The notes under the pieces were generated by a model, which was not told the DNA's origin, made no database searches, and saw only the letters and a list, made by a program, of their open reading frames with translations. A DNA stretch of 64,000 nucleotides from Candidatus Spongiisociaceae bacterium (GTDB lineage Bacteria > Actinomycetota > Acidimicrobiia > Spongiisociales > Spongiisociaceae). Position numbers and translations under genes: made by a program. Where the stretch lies: assembly GCA_965262915.1 (NCBI GenBank), contig OZ253564.1, forward strand, positions 800,001 through 864,000, written 5' to 3'. Below, in pieces: positions 38,329 to 47,331 of this stretch (the first letter of the stretch is position 1; every line of letters begins with the position of its first letter).

Positions 38329-38384
38329 CCCCTGGCCCCTGGCCCCTGGCCCCTGGCACCTGGCACCTGGCACCTGGCACCTGG
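38329..38384 (-). repeat. 8-unit heptamer array after vapC stop: (CCAGGTG)4 (CCAGGGG)4 on coding strand
   Basis: Plus strand (CCCCTGG)4(CACCTGG)4, 3 nt from the stop codon. Confidence 0.93.
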
Positions 38385-38387
38385 CAT

Positions 38388-38771
38388 TCAACCCCGCAGC
38401 ACGATCATCGAGCATTCCGGCCCGGGAGCCATGGCTAAGCGAGCGTCTGCGGTCAGCAGCGGGCAATCGATAGCCTCGGCCAATGCTATGTAGCAGGCGT
38501 CGTAGGCCGACACGTTGTGCCGAAGAGCCCAAACACGTGCAGACAACCACACGATGGGGAAGCGCTGCACCTCGAGGCGCGTCCACCGCTGAACAGACCG
38601 TTCGGCCGCGCTGTTGGTCAACGATCCCCGGACCACCAGATTGCGCATGGTCTGGAGTACTTCGGCATCCACCAGGTGGGGCGCGGCTAGCCGATCCGTG
38701 CTCAGGTGGAGGCGGGCGTCGCCTTTGTCCAGTAGTGCCAATGCCGCCGCCGAAGCGTCAACGACAATCAA
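38388..38771 (-). CDS. vapC: VapC PIN-domain toxin
   Basis: MIVVDASA, APHLVDAEV, SAYDACYIALAE, LLTADARL. Confidence 0.92.
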   Translation of the reverse strand: MIVVDASAAALALLDKGDARLHLSTDRLAAPHLVDAEVLQTMRNLVVRGSLTNSAAERSVQRWTRLEVQRFPIVWLSARVWALRHNVSAYDACYIALAEAIDCPLLTADARLAMAPGPECSMIVLRG

Positions 38772-38989
38772 CGATCGCGGCGACCCTCATCCAGCGCAGC
38801 CAACACCTCGCCGGCTCCGATGTCCAGGTCCGGGAGGTCTCCCAACAGGACCGCGTTCAGTACCCGGCGGGTCGATGCCGCCAACTCGCGTACCGCCATC
38901 GACGAAACCGACAACCCTTCCCTCGCGGCGAGCAGTTTCAGGCGGTCGACTACATCGTCCGGAACGTTTCGCAAGTACAGAGTCTTCAT
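38768..38989 (-). CDS. vapB: VapB/FitA-like ribbon-helix-helix antitoxin
   Basis: MKTLYLRNVPDDVVDRLKLLAAREGLSVS; 4-nt overlap with vapC. Confidence 0.85.
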   Translation of the reverse strand: MKTLYLRNVPDDVVDRLKLLAAREGLSVSSMAVRELAASTRRVLNAVLLGDLPDLDIGAGEVLAALDEGRRDR

Positions 38990-38990
38990 G

Positions 38991-39014
38991 TTGCAAAATG
39001 CAAGCATGATGCAA
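38991..39014 (-). promoter_or_regulatory. Probable vapBC autoregulatory operator (repeated TGCA palindromes)
   Basis: TTGCAAAATGCAAGCATGATGCAA immediately upstream of the antitoxin start. Confidence 0.55.
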
Positions 39015-39126
39015 CTCTTATGATTGCTGAGCACAAAATGAAAGCGGTCCGGCCGTCCGTGTATAGTATAGACTGACTTCTAATACGTTAGGCTGGTTAT
39101 AGCCAGTCACCGCTTCCCAGCCATCC

Positions 39127-40191
39127 TCACCCGGCCAGGATGCGCTTCGGGTTCTCCACGGTCATGTTCCTGATCTGGCGGTCGGTTACGTCGCGCTCCC
39201 GCAGCATGGGGACGGCGTGCTCGAGCACGAAGGAGTAGCCGTCGCCGCCATAGGACTTCCAGCGGATCTTCAGGCCGACATCGTGGGACATCACCAACTG
39301 CCGGTCGTATCCCTCCCGGCACAGGGTGGCGATGGCGTCGACCCGTTCGATGTCGGTGGGCATGGCGAAGCCGGCCATGAAGGCCGACTCACTGATGCCC
39401 TCGGCGCCGAACAGGTCGTAGGAGAGCGTGATCCCCCTTGCCAGCAGGCGGCGGTGGTAGTCGAGGTCATGCAATGTCATGTCGCAGTGGCTCAGGTAGA
39501 AGCGGTCCAGGTCGGCGCCCTCCTCCTCGATCAGGTCGACGTAGGACTCCCCCGCCTTGGCCAGGGTGGCCGACTCCGGGTCGTGGATCGACGGGTGGAA
39601 GGTGAATCCGACGCCGGTGTGGATCTGGGCCCGGCACGCAGCCCGCAGCACCTTCTCCTCCTCCGGGTGATAGGGGACGGGTTCGGTGCAGGCGCACTCG
39701 CCGATCGCTCCGGCCCGGATCCCGGTGTCCTCGATACCCTCCTCGAGTTCCCTGATCATGAGTTCGGCGATGTCGTCGGAGGTCATGCCGGTCACCCACG
39801 GCGGATGCACGGCCTGCTTGTAGAAACCCGTAGTGGCGACGATGTTCACTCCGCTGCGGGCCGATACCCGGCGCAGCCCGCGCACGTCCCGTCCCAGGCC
39901 CCAGGTGGTGTTCTCGACGACGGTGGCCCCACCCCAGTCCCGGTAGTCGGCCAGAGCCTCGGCAACCCGTTCCTCGTCGTCGAGCATCAGGTTGGTCCGG
40001 TTCGGGGCGCCCTTCCGCAACGCACCCAGGATCTCGATGGAGATGTCAGCGTCCCATAACTCGTGGACGCTCGGGTCCCCGTGCAGTTCGTACAGCGCTA
40101 CCTGCCCGCTCAGCAGCACATGCTCGTGAAGCAGCACCACTCCGAGATCATCCGCGGAGACCGGACCGGTGACCGTCTGGACCTCGTTCAT
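39127..40191 (-). CDS. Phosphotriesterase-family amidohydrolase (PTER-like)
   Basis: VQTVTGPV, LHEH, VENTTWGLGRD, AIGE, TFHP, LSHCD, SHD, YGGDGY. Confidence 0.9.
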   Translation of the reverse strand: MNEVQTVTGPVSADDLGVVLLHEHVLLSGQVALYELHGDPSVHELWDADISIEILGALRKGAPNRTNLMLDDEERVAEALADYRDWGGATVVENTTWGLGRDVRGLRRVSARSGVNIVATTGFYKQAVHPPWVTGMTSDDIAELMIRELEEGIEDTGIRAGAIGECACTEPVPYHPEEEKVLRAACRAQIHTGVGFTFHPSIHDPESATLAKAGESYVDLIEEEGADLDRFYLSHCDMTLHDLDYHRRLLARGITLSYDLFGAEGISESAFMAGFAMPTDIERVDAIATLCREGYDRQLVMSHDVGLKIRWKSYGGDGYSFVLEHAVPMLRERDVTDRQIRNMTVENPKRILAG

Positions 40192-40262
40192 GGCATTCCT
40201 AGCGGTCTGTCTGTGAAATGGCGATGGCAAGCAGGACACTGCGAATCATTGCGGACAGACCA

Positions 40263-41306
40263 CTACAAGGGTTCGGGAAGTGAGTATTGCCTCAGAACGG
40301 ACAGGATCCCCTCCCACGTAGCCGCCACCAACTCGATCGGTTTGTCCCGGTTGGCTACCCGGGCGGTCGCCTCGATCTCGCCCGGGTACATGATGGGCCG
40401 TGAGTCGTCGCGGAGCAGGGCGTTCTTGATGTGGTCGGTCATCATCGAGGCGCGCCTCTTCAGCACGTCCAGCGGCGCGAAGCGTTGAGGATCGAGGACG
40501 ATCATCATCGAGTCGTTGCTGAAGGAGTCGGAAGGGTCGCCCGGAATCCCGCCGCCCGACAGGACCCCGCCGAACAGGTCCACCATGAACGCCAGGGCAT
40601 ACCCCTTGTGTCCTTCCGCTTGACCCAACGGCAGGATGGCGCCCCCGTCGTAGAGGTCGGCGGGGTTCGTGGTCGGGTTGCCGTCCGAGTCGATGAGCCA
40701 CCCGGGTGGGGTTTGGAGGCCGCGGGCCCGGTACATCCGGACCTTGCCTTCCGCCACGACCGAGGTCGCCATGTCCACGACGTACGGTCCCTCGAGGCTG
40801 GACGGGAATGACATCGCGATTGGATTGGAACTGAGCTTGGGCTCCGCGCCGCCGAACGGCGCCTGGTTGATGCCGTGACCGCCTCCGCAGGTGAATATGA
40901 TCGAGGCCATGTCGGACCGGGCCGCCTTCTCCGCGTAGCGGCCGAGGCGGCCGATGTGCTTGACGCGGCGTATCGTCACCGCGCTGATACCGGTGTTACG
41001 AGCCTTGTCGATGGCCAGATCGCTGGCGAACTCGGCCACCACCTGGCCGAAGGCCCACCCTCCGTCGATCTCCGCCGTCGAGGCCGACTCGTCGACGATA
41101 CGGGGACGGGCGCGTGGGATGAGTTCGCCGCGGTCTATCGCGTCCACGTATTCACGCACCCGCATCACACCGTGCGAATGGTGCCCGATGACATCGTTGT
41201 CGACCAGATGACCGGCCACTACGAGGGCATCGGCATCGGAGGCGCCCGTGGCTCGCAGGGCGGCGGCGCAGATGTCCTTGAGTTCCTCGCTCTGTATCCT
41301 TCGCAC
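40263..41306 (-). CDS. Ldh_2 family (malate/L-lactate dehydrogenase type 2) oxidoreductase
   Basis: HSHGV.R, HIGRLG, NPIA, DMATS, GHKGYAL, YPGE. Start estimated at GTG 41306. Confidence 0.88.
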   Translation of the reverse strand: MRRIQSEELKDICAAALRATGASDADALVVAGHLVDNDVIGHHSHGVMRVREYVDAIDRGELIPRARPRIVDESASTAEIDGGWAFGQVVAEFASDLAIDKARNTGISAVTIRRVKHIGRLGRYAEKAARSDMASIIFTCGGGHGINQAPFGGAEPKLSSNPIAMSFPSSLEGPYVVDMATSVVAEGKVRMYRARGLQTPPGWLIDSDGNPTTNPADLYDGGAILPLGQAEGHKGYALAFMVDLFGGVLSGGGIPGDPSDSFSNDSMMIVLDPQRFAPLDVLKRRASMMTDHIKNALLRDDSRPIMYPGEIEATARVANRDKPIELVAATWEGILSVLRQYSLPEPL

Positions 41307-41416
41307 CCTCCCGCATCCTTTCGATCCGGTCCGTACGACGTGCTGACCGCTCCCCGGGCTCCCCCAAGTACTGTACTCCTCGTGAGTTCCGGACAACGGC
41401 GCTCGGGAGGTGAAGG

Positions 41417-42166
41417 ATGCAAGGAGCTACACCGGTAACCGCTTCGACCCTCGACCTGCTCCGGCAGTTCGACACGCCCACCATCTGCAACGTGATCGAA
41501 CTGTTCGATGTTCGTCCCCGGGACCGGGGATATATGGATCACCGGATCCGTTGTGCCTTTCCCGAGATGCCTCCGATGGTCGGTCTGGCCGCCACGGCTG
41601 CTTTCCGCTCGGCCGGGGAGCCGTCCGGAACCGACGTGTACGGCTCGCTCGGGGACCAGATCGAGCTCTTCGAGGAACTCGGCGGTCCGGCGGTGGTCGT
41701 ATACCAGGACCTCGACGACCCGCCCGCCGCGGCGGTGTTCGGGGAGGTCATGTGCACCACCTACCGGACTTTCGGGGCGGTCGGGCTGGTGACCAACGGC
41801 GCCGGGCGGGATCTGGACCAGGTTCGTGCTCTCGACTTCCCGGTCTTTACCGGATCGACCATCAGCGCCCACGGATACTGCCGTACCCTCCACGTGGGGC
41901 TGCAGGTCAGAGTGGGAGGCTTGGTGGTCAACCACGGGGATCTCCTGCACGGAGACCTGAACGGAGTGACCAGCATTCCCCGCGACATCGCTGCCGAGGT
42001 GGCGGAGGCGGCCACCGAGTTCGTAGCCGCCGAGGCGATCGTCCTGGACTACCTGACCGGCCCCGGGACCAAGACCCGAGACGGGCTCTCCCAGGCATCC
42101 GCCGAGTTCGGGTCGGTGGTTACCGACCTGCGGGCCGGGATAGGCCGGCGCCGTTCACCCTCCTGA
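41417..42166 (+). CDS. RraA/HMG-aldolase family protein
   Basis: DTPTICN, FGEVM, VTNGAGRD, GDLLHGDLNGV. Confidence 0.85.
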   Translation: MQGATPVTASTLDLLRQFDTPTICNVIELFDVRPRDRGYMDHRIRCAFPEMPPMVGLAATAAFRSAGEPSGTDVYGSLGDQIELFEELGGPAVVVYQDLDDPPAAAVFGEVMCTTYRTFGAVGLVTNGAGRDLDQVRALDFPVFTGSTISAHGYCRTLHVGLQVRVGGLVVNHGDLLHGDLNGVTSIPRDIAAEVAEAATEFVAAEAIVLDYLTGPGTKTRDGLSQASAEFGSVVTDLRAGIGRRRSPS

Positions 42167-42407
42167 GTTGCCGGAGGTACGAGGAGGGTGCCTTCGCGGC
42201 GGGATTCCGCAGACAATGGATCGTCGCGTAGGGTGAAGCAGTCGGGGTGTTGGGTCATGGCGTGCGATGGTTGGTGCGAAATCGAAACCTTGCCATCAAG
42301 AAAACTTGTCCTCCCTTCACCGTAGAATGACCAAGCACCAACCCGGATCCATTCGAACCGTTCGTCCAGTGACCTGCGCTGCCGAGCGAGTAGGCAAAGG
42401 AGTGAGC

Positions 42408-45400
42408 ATGACGAATTCGCGCCCGAGGGGCCCCTTGGCGTTCTTTGCCGCTTTGGCGGTGCTGGTCGGACTAATGGTTTCGGCTCCCGTAGCGGCCGGC
42501 GCCCAAGACGTAGACGACGGATTCGTCCTCACGATCCTGCACAACAACGATGGTGAATCGAAGCTCCTTCCCGATGAGGTTTCGGATCCGGGTGTGGCTC
42601 GCTTCGTTGCGCTGATGAAGCAGTTGCAGTCCGCTGCGTCGGGTGGCGGGGTGGTGACGCTCACTTCGGGGGACAACTTCCTGGCTTCGCAGGAATTCGG
42701 GGTGTCCCTGGCGAGGGAGGGCCCCCTTTACGACTCGGTCGCGCTCAGCGGGATCTACGACGCCATGGCTCTGGGCAACCATGACTTCGATATGGGCCCG
42801 GAGATCACTGCCCGGTTCATCAAGGGTTTCGAACCTGCCATTCCGTTCCTGTCGGCCAACCTGGACTTCTCTGCGGAACCGGAGTTGCAGGATCTGGTCG
42901 ACGAGGGCCTGATCGCCGCCAGCACGGTGATCGAGACCGGGGGCGAGCGGATCGGTGTGATCGGTGCGGTCACCCCGATGCTGCCCAACATCTCCAGTCC
43001 TCGAAACGTGGTCGTGTCCCCGGTACTACCTGCAGTGCAGGCCGAGGCGGAGAGTCTGGGTGCCCAGGGAGTGGACAAGATCATCCTGGTCAGCCATCTC
43101 CAGGACGTGGCGGAGGAGATCGAACTCGTAGCGAGCCTGTCCGGGGTGGACGTGGTCATCGCCGGGGGCGGCGACGACCTCTTGCGCAACGAAGGCGACA
43201 CCTGCCAGCCGGACGAGGAGGCGGCGGCGCCCTATCCGATCATGGTGGAGGACGCCTCCGGGACGATGGTGCCGGTGGTTACGGCCCCAGGCGGGTACCG
43301 CTGCATCGGGGAACTCAACGTCACGTTCGACGCGGCCGGGAACGTCACTGCCGCCGAGGGTCGCTCCGTGGGTGTCGGCTTCGACGTAGAACCCGATCCC
43401 GACGTACAGGCCACGGTTATCGAACCGTTGTCCAAGGCGGTCGGCCTCATCGATTCCGAGGTGATCGGCACGAGCGAGGTGGAACTCGACGGCCGTAAAC
43501 CGCTCATCCGGACCGTGGCGACCAACGAGGGCAACCTGATGGCAGATGCGCTGCGCGCCACGGCTAAGAACCTGGCGGACGAGTTCGGGAGTCCCGTGCC
43601 GGATGTGGCCATCCAGAACGGGGGAGGGATCCGTAACGACTCGGTGCTCCCGCCCGGTGAGATAACCACCGGGACCACCTGGGACATCGCTCCGTTCAGC
43701 AACTTCGTGGTGGTGGGCGAAGTGCCCCGCGATGTGTTCCACGTTCTGCTCGAACAGGCTCTGGACCGCCTACCGGGTGCCGGAGGCCAGTTCGCCCAAG
43801 TCTCGGGATTCACCCTCACCTACGACCCGTCTGCTCCCGCTCGGGAGATCGCCCGGGACGGTGACTGCTCCCTGGTCGGCAACCCCGGGGAGCGGGTGCG
43901 GGAGGTGGTGCTCGACGACGGCACGGTCATCGTGGCCGACGGCCAGGTGCTACCGGGCGATCCGGTGGTGCTGGCCACCATCGACTTCCTGGTCGGTGGC
44001 GGGGACTGCTACCCGCTGACGGGTATCGACTTCACCAAGCTCGGTGTCAGCTACCAGCAGGCCCTGGCCAACTACATATCGATGGACCTCGGCGGGACGA
44101 TCACCGCTGCGGATTACCCGGTCAGTGGCGGGGGCAGGATCGTCGCCCTCGAACCCGAACCGGAGCCGGACCCCGAGCCCGAACCGGAACCCGAGACCAC
44201 AGAGCCTGAGCAGCCCTCACCCCGAACCGTGACCGTCAAGGCGGGCGACACCCTGCGGAAGATCGCCATGGCCTACCTAGGCGACGAGAGCCGCTGGTCC
44301 GAGATCTACGAACTCAACAAGGGTGTGGTCCAGGCCGACGGACGTGCGCTGACCAAGCCGGACCTGATCCACATCGGGTGGGTGCTACGGATCGATCCGC
44401 TTCCCGTTCCGGCACCGTTACCTGTCGATCCGGAACGGATCAGTACGCTCGACAACGGTTTCACGTACTACCTGCGAAACAACGACAGGCCCGGTACGAG
44501 CGTGACGCTGCGGCTGGTGGTCAAGGCCGGGTCGGTCAACGAGTCTGAACCGGGCCAGGGTTTCGCCCACTTCCTGGAGCATGTGCTGTTCGAAGGCACC
44601 GATGCCTATACGGCCGAGTCTCTCAACTCGACGCTTCGGAATCTGGGCGCGGAGCTAGGTCCCGACACGAATGCATACGTCAGCTACGAGCAGACCGTCT
44701 ACGAGTTGACGGTGGCGTCCGATCCCCCCGAGAACGTAGCCACGGCTCTTCACGTGCTGTCACAGATGGCCCACGCCGCCACCATCGACCCCGCCGGGGT
44801 CGTGGCCGAGCGCGGTGTGGTGCTCGATGAACTGCGCATCCGTCAAGAGACCAGCTACGGTTACGTCGGCGCGGAATTCGACCGCATCTACACACAAGGA
44901 ACCCCCTACGAAGGGCGTCACCCGGGCGGTACGGCCGCGGTGATCGAGTCGACCACAGCAGACGATCTGAGAACGTTCTACGAGACCTGGTACGTCCCGT
45001 CGAATATGGCCATCGTAGCGGTGGGCGACGTTTCCGTCGACGAACTCCAAGCGTTGGTGGAGGAGCATTTTGCGTCTATACCGGCCGGCGATGCCCCGCC
45101 GTTCTCGGTGGCAGAGGTCACGCCGAACCCCGAGGCGTCGTACTACGTGGTCACCGACGAAGGGCAGGGCTTCTCCTACATCTCGCTGGATATTCCGATC
45201 CCGACGATCGACTCCGGGACGGCGGAGGGGCAGCGCCTGCTCGTGATGGAGAGCCTCATCGAGTTGATGGTTCTCAACCGTCTCGATGATGCCTACTACC
45301 GCGGTGAACTGACCCAGGTGGACCGACCCGACTTCAGCACCTTCAACCACGGTCCGGCCTTGCGCTTCTACGGAACCAATTGGCAGGGCGAGGATCTCGA

Positions 45401-47126
45401 CACGGCTTCCGCCGCCTATCTCTCGGTGTTGCTGACGGCCCAGGAGTACGGCTTCACCGATGCCGATGGAGTCCGTGCGAGAGAGGAACTAGCCGCTGCA
45501 CTGGAGCACCAATTGGAGAGCGCCGCTACCACCAGCGACCCCGAGTACGCGGACAGTTACGTCTCGCACTTCCTGTCCGGCACCGATATCAGTTCCCCTC
45601 GGGATCGATACGACCGGCTCACGGCGCTGCTCGAAGAGATAACGGCCGAGGAACTCACCGATCGTTACAGGTGGCTCATGGAACGGGCCGGGCCGATAGT
45701 GATCGCGGTCGGCCCCGACCCCGGAAGCGTGCCCACGACGGCCGGCCTGGAAGCTGCCATATCCGCGGCCGTTCCCCGCAGCGAGCCCCCGCCGGTGGAG
45801 GAGGACATCGACGAGTTGCTTCCTCTTCCCGATCCGGTGGAGCCGGTGGCAAGCGGTCCGACCGGAGTGCTGGACGGCGTCGAGTGGGAGTTCGCAAACG
45901 GGGCCCGGGTGGTGTTCGTGTACTCCGACATAGTGGAGGCGACCGTCCACCTTCAGGCCAGAGGTCTGGGCGGATGGTCAACGCTCGAGCCCGGCGCTCG
46001 AGCGCTGTCGCCCAGAGCTGTCGAAGCGGTGGTGGGCAGCGGGTTCGGGGATATGACGAAGTCGCAGATCGACCGTTTCATCGGCGAGAGCACCGTGTCG
46101 CTCAGCGCGTCGATCGGCGAGAGGATCGAAGGTTTCGATGGTGGCGCGAACAGCGACGATCTCGAGACGCTGTTCCAACTCGTGCACCTGCTGGTCACCG
46201 CTCCCAGGGTGGATGACATCGCCTTCGATCAAGCACTGAACAGCGCGGCGATCCGCACCCAACTGGCCGAGGTGAACCCCGCCTGGCAGGCGTGGGTGGC
46301 GTACATCGAGGCTCGTTTCGACCCGGCCTGGCACCGACCCGTGGCGACCCGAGAACAGTTGTCTTCGATGAGCGCCGAGTCGCTCCTGAGCCTCTACAAG
46401 CGCCGCCTCGGTGACGTGGACGACATGGTGGTGGCGGTGGTCGGCGACGTCGATGCCGCCGTCATCGAGCGGCTTGCCCGCCACTACATCGGGACGCTCC
46501 CTGCGGGTGAGGCCGATACGTATGTGGACCGCCGTCCACCTGCGCCGGCCGGCGTCGTGCGGCGCGAGATAACGGTCAGCGAGGACATGAGCGCGGTCAT
46601 GGAGATGTCCTACGAGACCGAACGCTCCGTGACCCCGTCCGTCAGGGTAAACGCCCATGTACTCAGGGTGATCCTGGATGACCGCCTCACCCGGCTGGTC
46701 CGCGAGGAGTTGGGCGCCTCCTACGTCACGCAGGTCTCGATCAACCCGGCTCTCGCTCCCCGGCACGCGATCTACTCGGACATCGTGTTCACGGCCGACG
46801 CCGAGCGTCTCGACGACGCCCATGCCAGGGTCCTGTCGATCCTGGCCGACCTCGTGGCCAACGGACCCACCTCCGACGAGCTCGAGCAGGCCAAGGCCGT
46901 GGCACAAGCCGACTTCGACAAGGTCAGCAACGCCAGGTTGCTCAGTGTGCTCACCAACCGCCTGCACCTCGACGACGACAACCTCCTCACGCCCAAACGT
47001 TCTGTGGAGGAACTCGAAAAGGTCACGGCAGCCACCGTGCAGGCTATCGCCGCCGATATCTACGACACGGAAGACCGGATCGAGATCGTTCGCGTACCGA
47101 CCGCCTGGGCGGAGGAAAGCAGCTAA
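42408..47126 (+). CDS. Secreted fusion: 5'-nucleotidase (metallophosphoesterase + C domain) - PE linker - LysM - M16 (PqqL-like) zinc peptidase
   Basis: Signal peptide; LHNNDGES, SGDNF, LGNHDFD, IQNGGGIR; (PE)n; VKAGDTLRKIA..PDLIHIG; LDNG..GFAHFLEH..NAYVS..ERGVVLDE. AAGGAG RBS. Confidence 0.85.
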   Translation: MTNSRPRGPLAFFAALAVLVGLMVSAPVAAGAQDVDDGFVLTILHNNDGESKLLPDEVSDPGVARFVALMKQLQSAASGGGVVTLTSGDNFLASQEFGVSLAREGPLYDSVALSGIYDAMALGNHDFDMGPEITARFIKGFEPAIPFLSANLDFSAEPELQDLVDEGLIAASTVIETGGERIGVIGAVTPMLPNISSPRNVVVSPVLPAVQAEAESLGAQGVDKIILVSHLQDVAEEIELVASLSGVDVVIAGGGDDLLRNEGDTCQPDEEAAAPYPIMVEDASGTMVPVVTAPGGYRCIGELNVTFDAAGNVTAAEGRSVGVGFDVEPDPDVQATVIEPLSKAVGLIDSEVIGTSEVELDGRKPLIRTVATNEGNLMADALRATAKNLADEFGSPVPDVAIQNGGGIRNDSVLPPGEITTGTTWDIAPFSNFVVVGEVPRDVFHVLLEQALDRLPGAGGQFAQVSGFTLTYDPSAPAREIARDGDCSLVGNPGERVREVVLDDGTVIVADGQVLPGDPVVLATIDFLVGGGDCYPLTGIDFTKLGVSYQQALANYISMDLGGTITAADYPVSGGGRIVALEPEPEPDPEPEPEPETTEPEQPSPRTVTVKAGDTLRKIAMAYLGDESRWSEIYELNKGVVQADGRALTKPDLIHIGWVLRIDPLPVPAPLPVDPERISTLDNGFTYYLRNNDRPGTSVTLRLVVKAGSVNESEPGQGFAHFLEHVLFEGTDAYTAESLNSTLRNLGAELGPDTNAYVSYEQTVYELTVASDPPENVATALHVLSQMAHAATIDPAGVVAERGVVLDELRIRQETSYGYVGAEFDRIYTQGTPYEGRHPGGTAAVIESTTADDLRTFYETWYVPSNMAIVAVGDVSVDELQALVEEHFASIPAGDAPPFSVAEVTPNPEASYYVVTDEGQGFSYISLDIPIPTIDSGTAEGQRLLVMESLIELMVLNRLDDAYYRGELTQVDRPDFSTFNHGPALRFYGTNWQGEDLDTASAAYLSVLLTAQEYGFTDADGVRAREELAAALEHQLESAATTSDPEYADSYVSHFLSGTDISSPRDRYDRLTALLEEITAEELTDRYRWLMERAGPIVIAVGPDPGSVPTTAGLEAAISAAVPRSEPPPVEEDIDELLPLPDPVEPVASGPTGVLDGVEWEFANGARVVFVYSDIVEATVHLQARGLGGWSTLEPGARALSPRAVEAVVGSGFGDMTKSQIDRFIGESTVSLSASIGERIEGFDGGANSDDLETLFQLVHLLVTAPRVDDIAFDQALNSAAIRTQLAEVNPAWQAWVAYIEARFDPAWHRPVATREQLSSMSAESLLSLYKRRLGDVDDMVVAVVGDVDAAVIERLARHYIGTLPAGEADTYVDRRPPAPAGVVRREITVSEDMSAVMEMSYETERSVTPSVRVNAHVLRVILDDRLTRLVREELGASYVTQVSINPALAPRHAIYSDIVFTADAERLDDAHARVLSILADLVANGPTSDELEQAKAVAQADFDKVSNARLLSVLTNRLHLDDDNLLTPKRSVEELEKVTAATVQAIAADIYDTEDRIEIVRVPTAWAEESS

Positions 47127-47140
47127 ACCGGCTCGGCGTC

Positions 47141-47206
47141 GACCATAGTTATGGCATACTTACTTTCGGCTCTCACATCCGAAACAAGTATGCCATAACT
47201 ATGGTC
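47141..47206. repeat. Long AT-rich palindrome (21-bp perfect stem + 6-bp inner stem)
   Basis: GACCATAGTTATGGCATACTT ac TTTCGG loop CCGAAA c AAGTATGCCATAACTATGGTC. Confidence 0.9.
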
Positions 47207-47331
47207 CGGCTGCCCGAACACGCTGTTCGCTCTCGGATCACGGGCTGTGGACTCCGTGAGGTTGGTTTCGGTGGTTGGCTTGTGGTCTAGGTTGTGACAT
47301 AATTGTTCCTTCCATATCTGACGAAACAAGA

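Noticed and set aside
38243-38380. N-terminal extension of the P450 (MPGARCQVPGAR...)
   Set aside because: Derived from the heptamer array; the leaderless start at 38242 fits better
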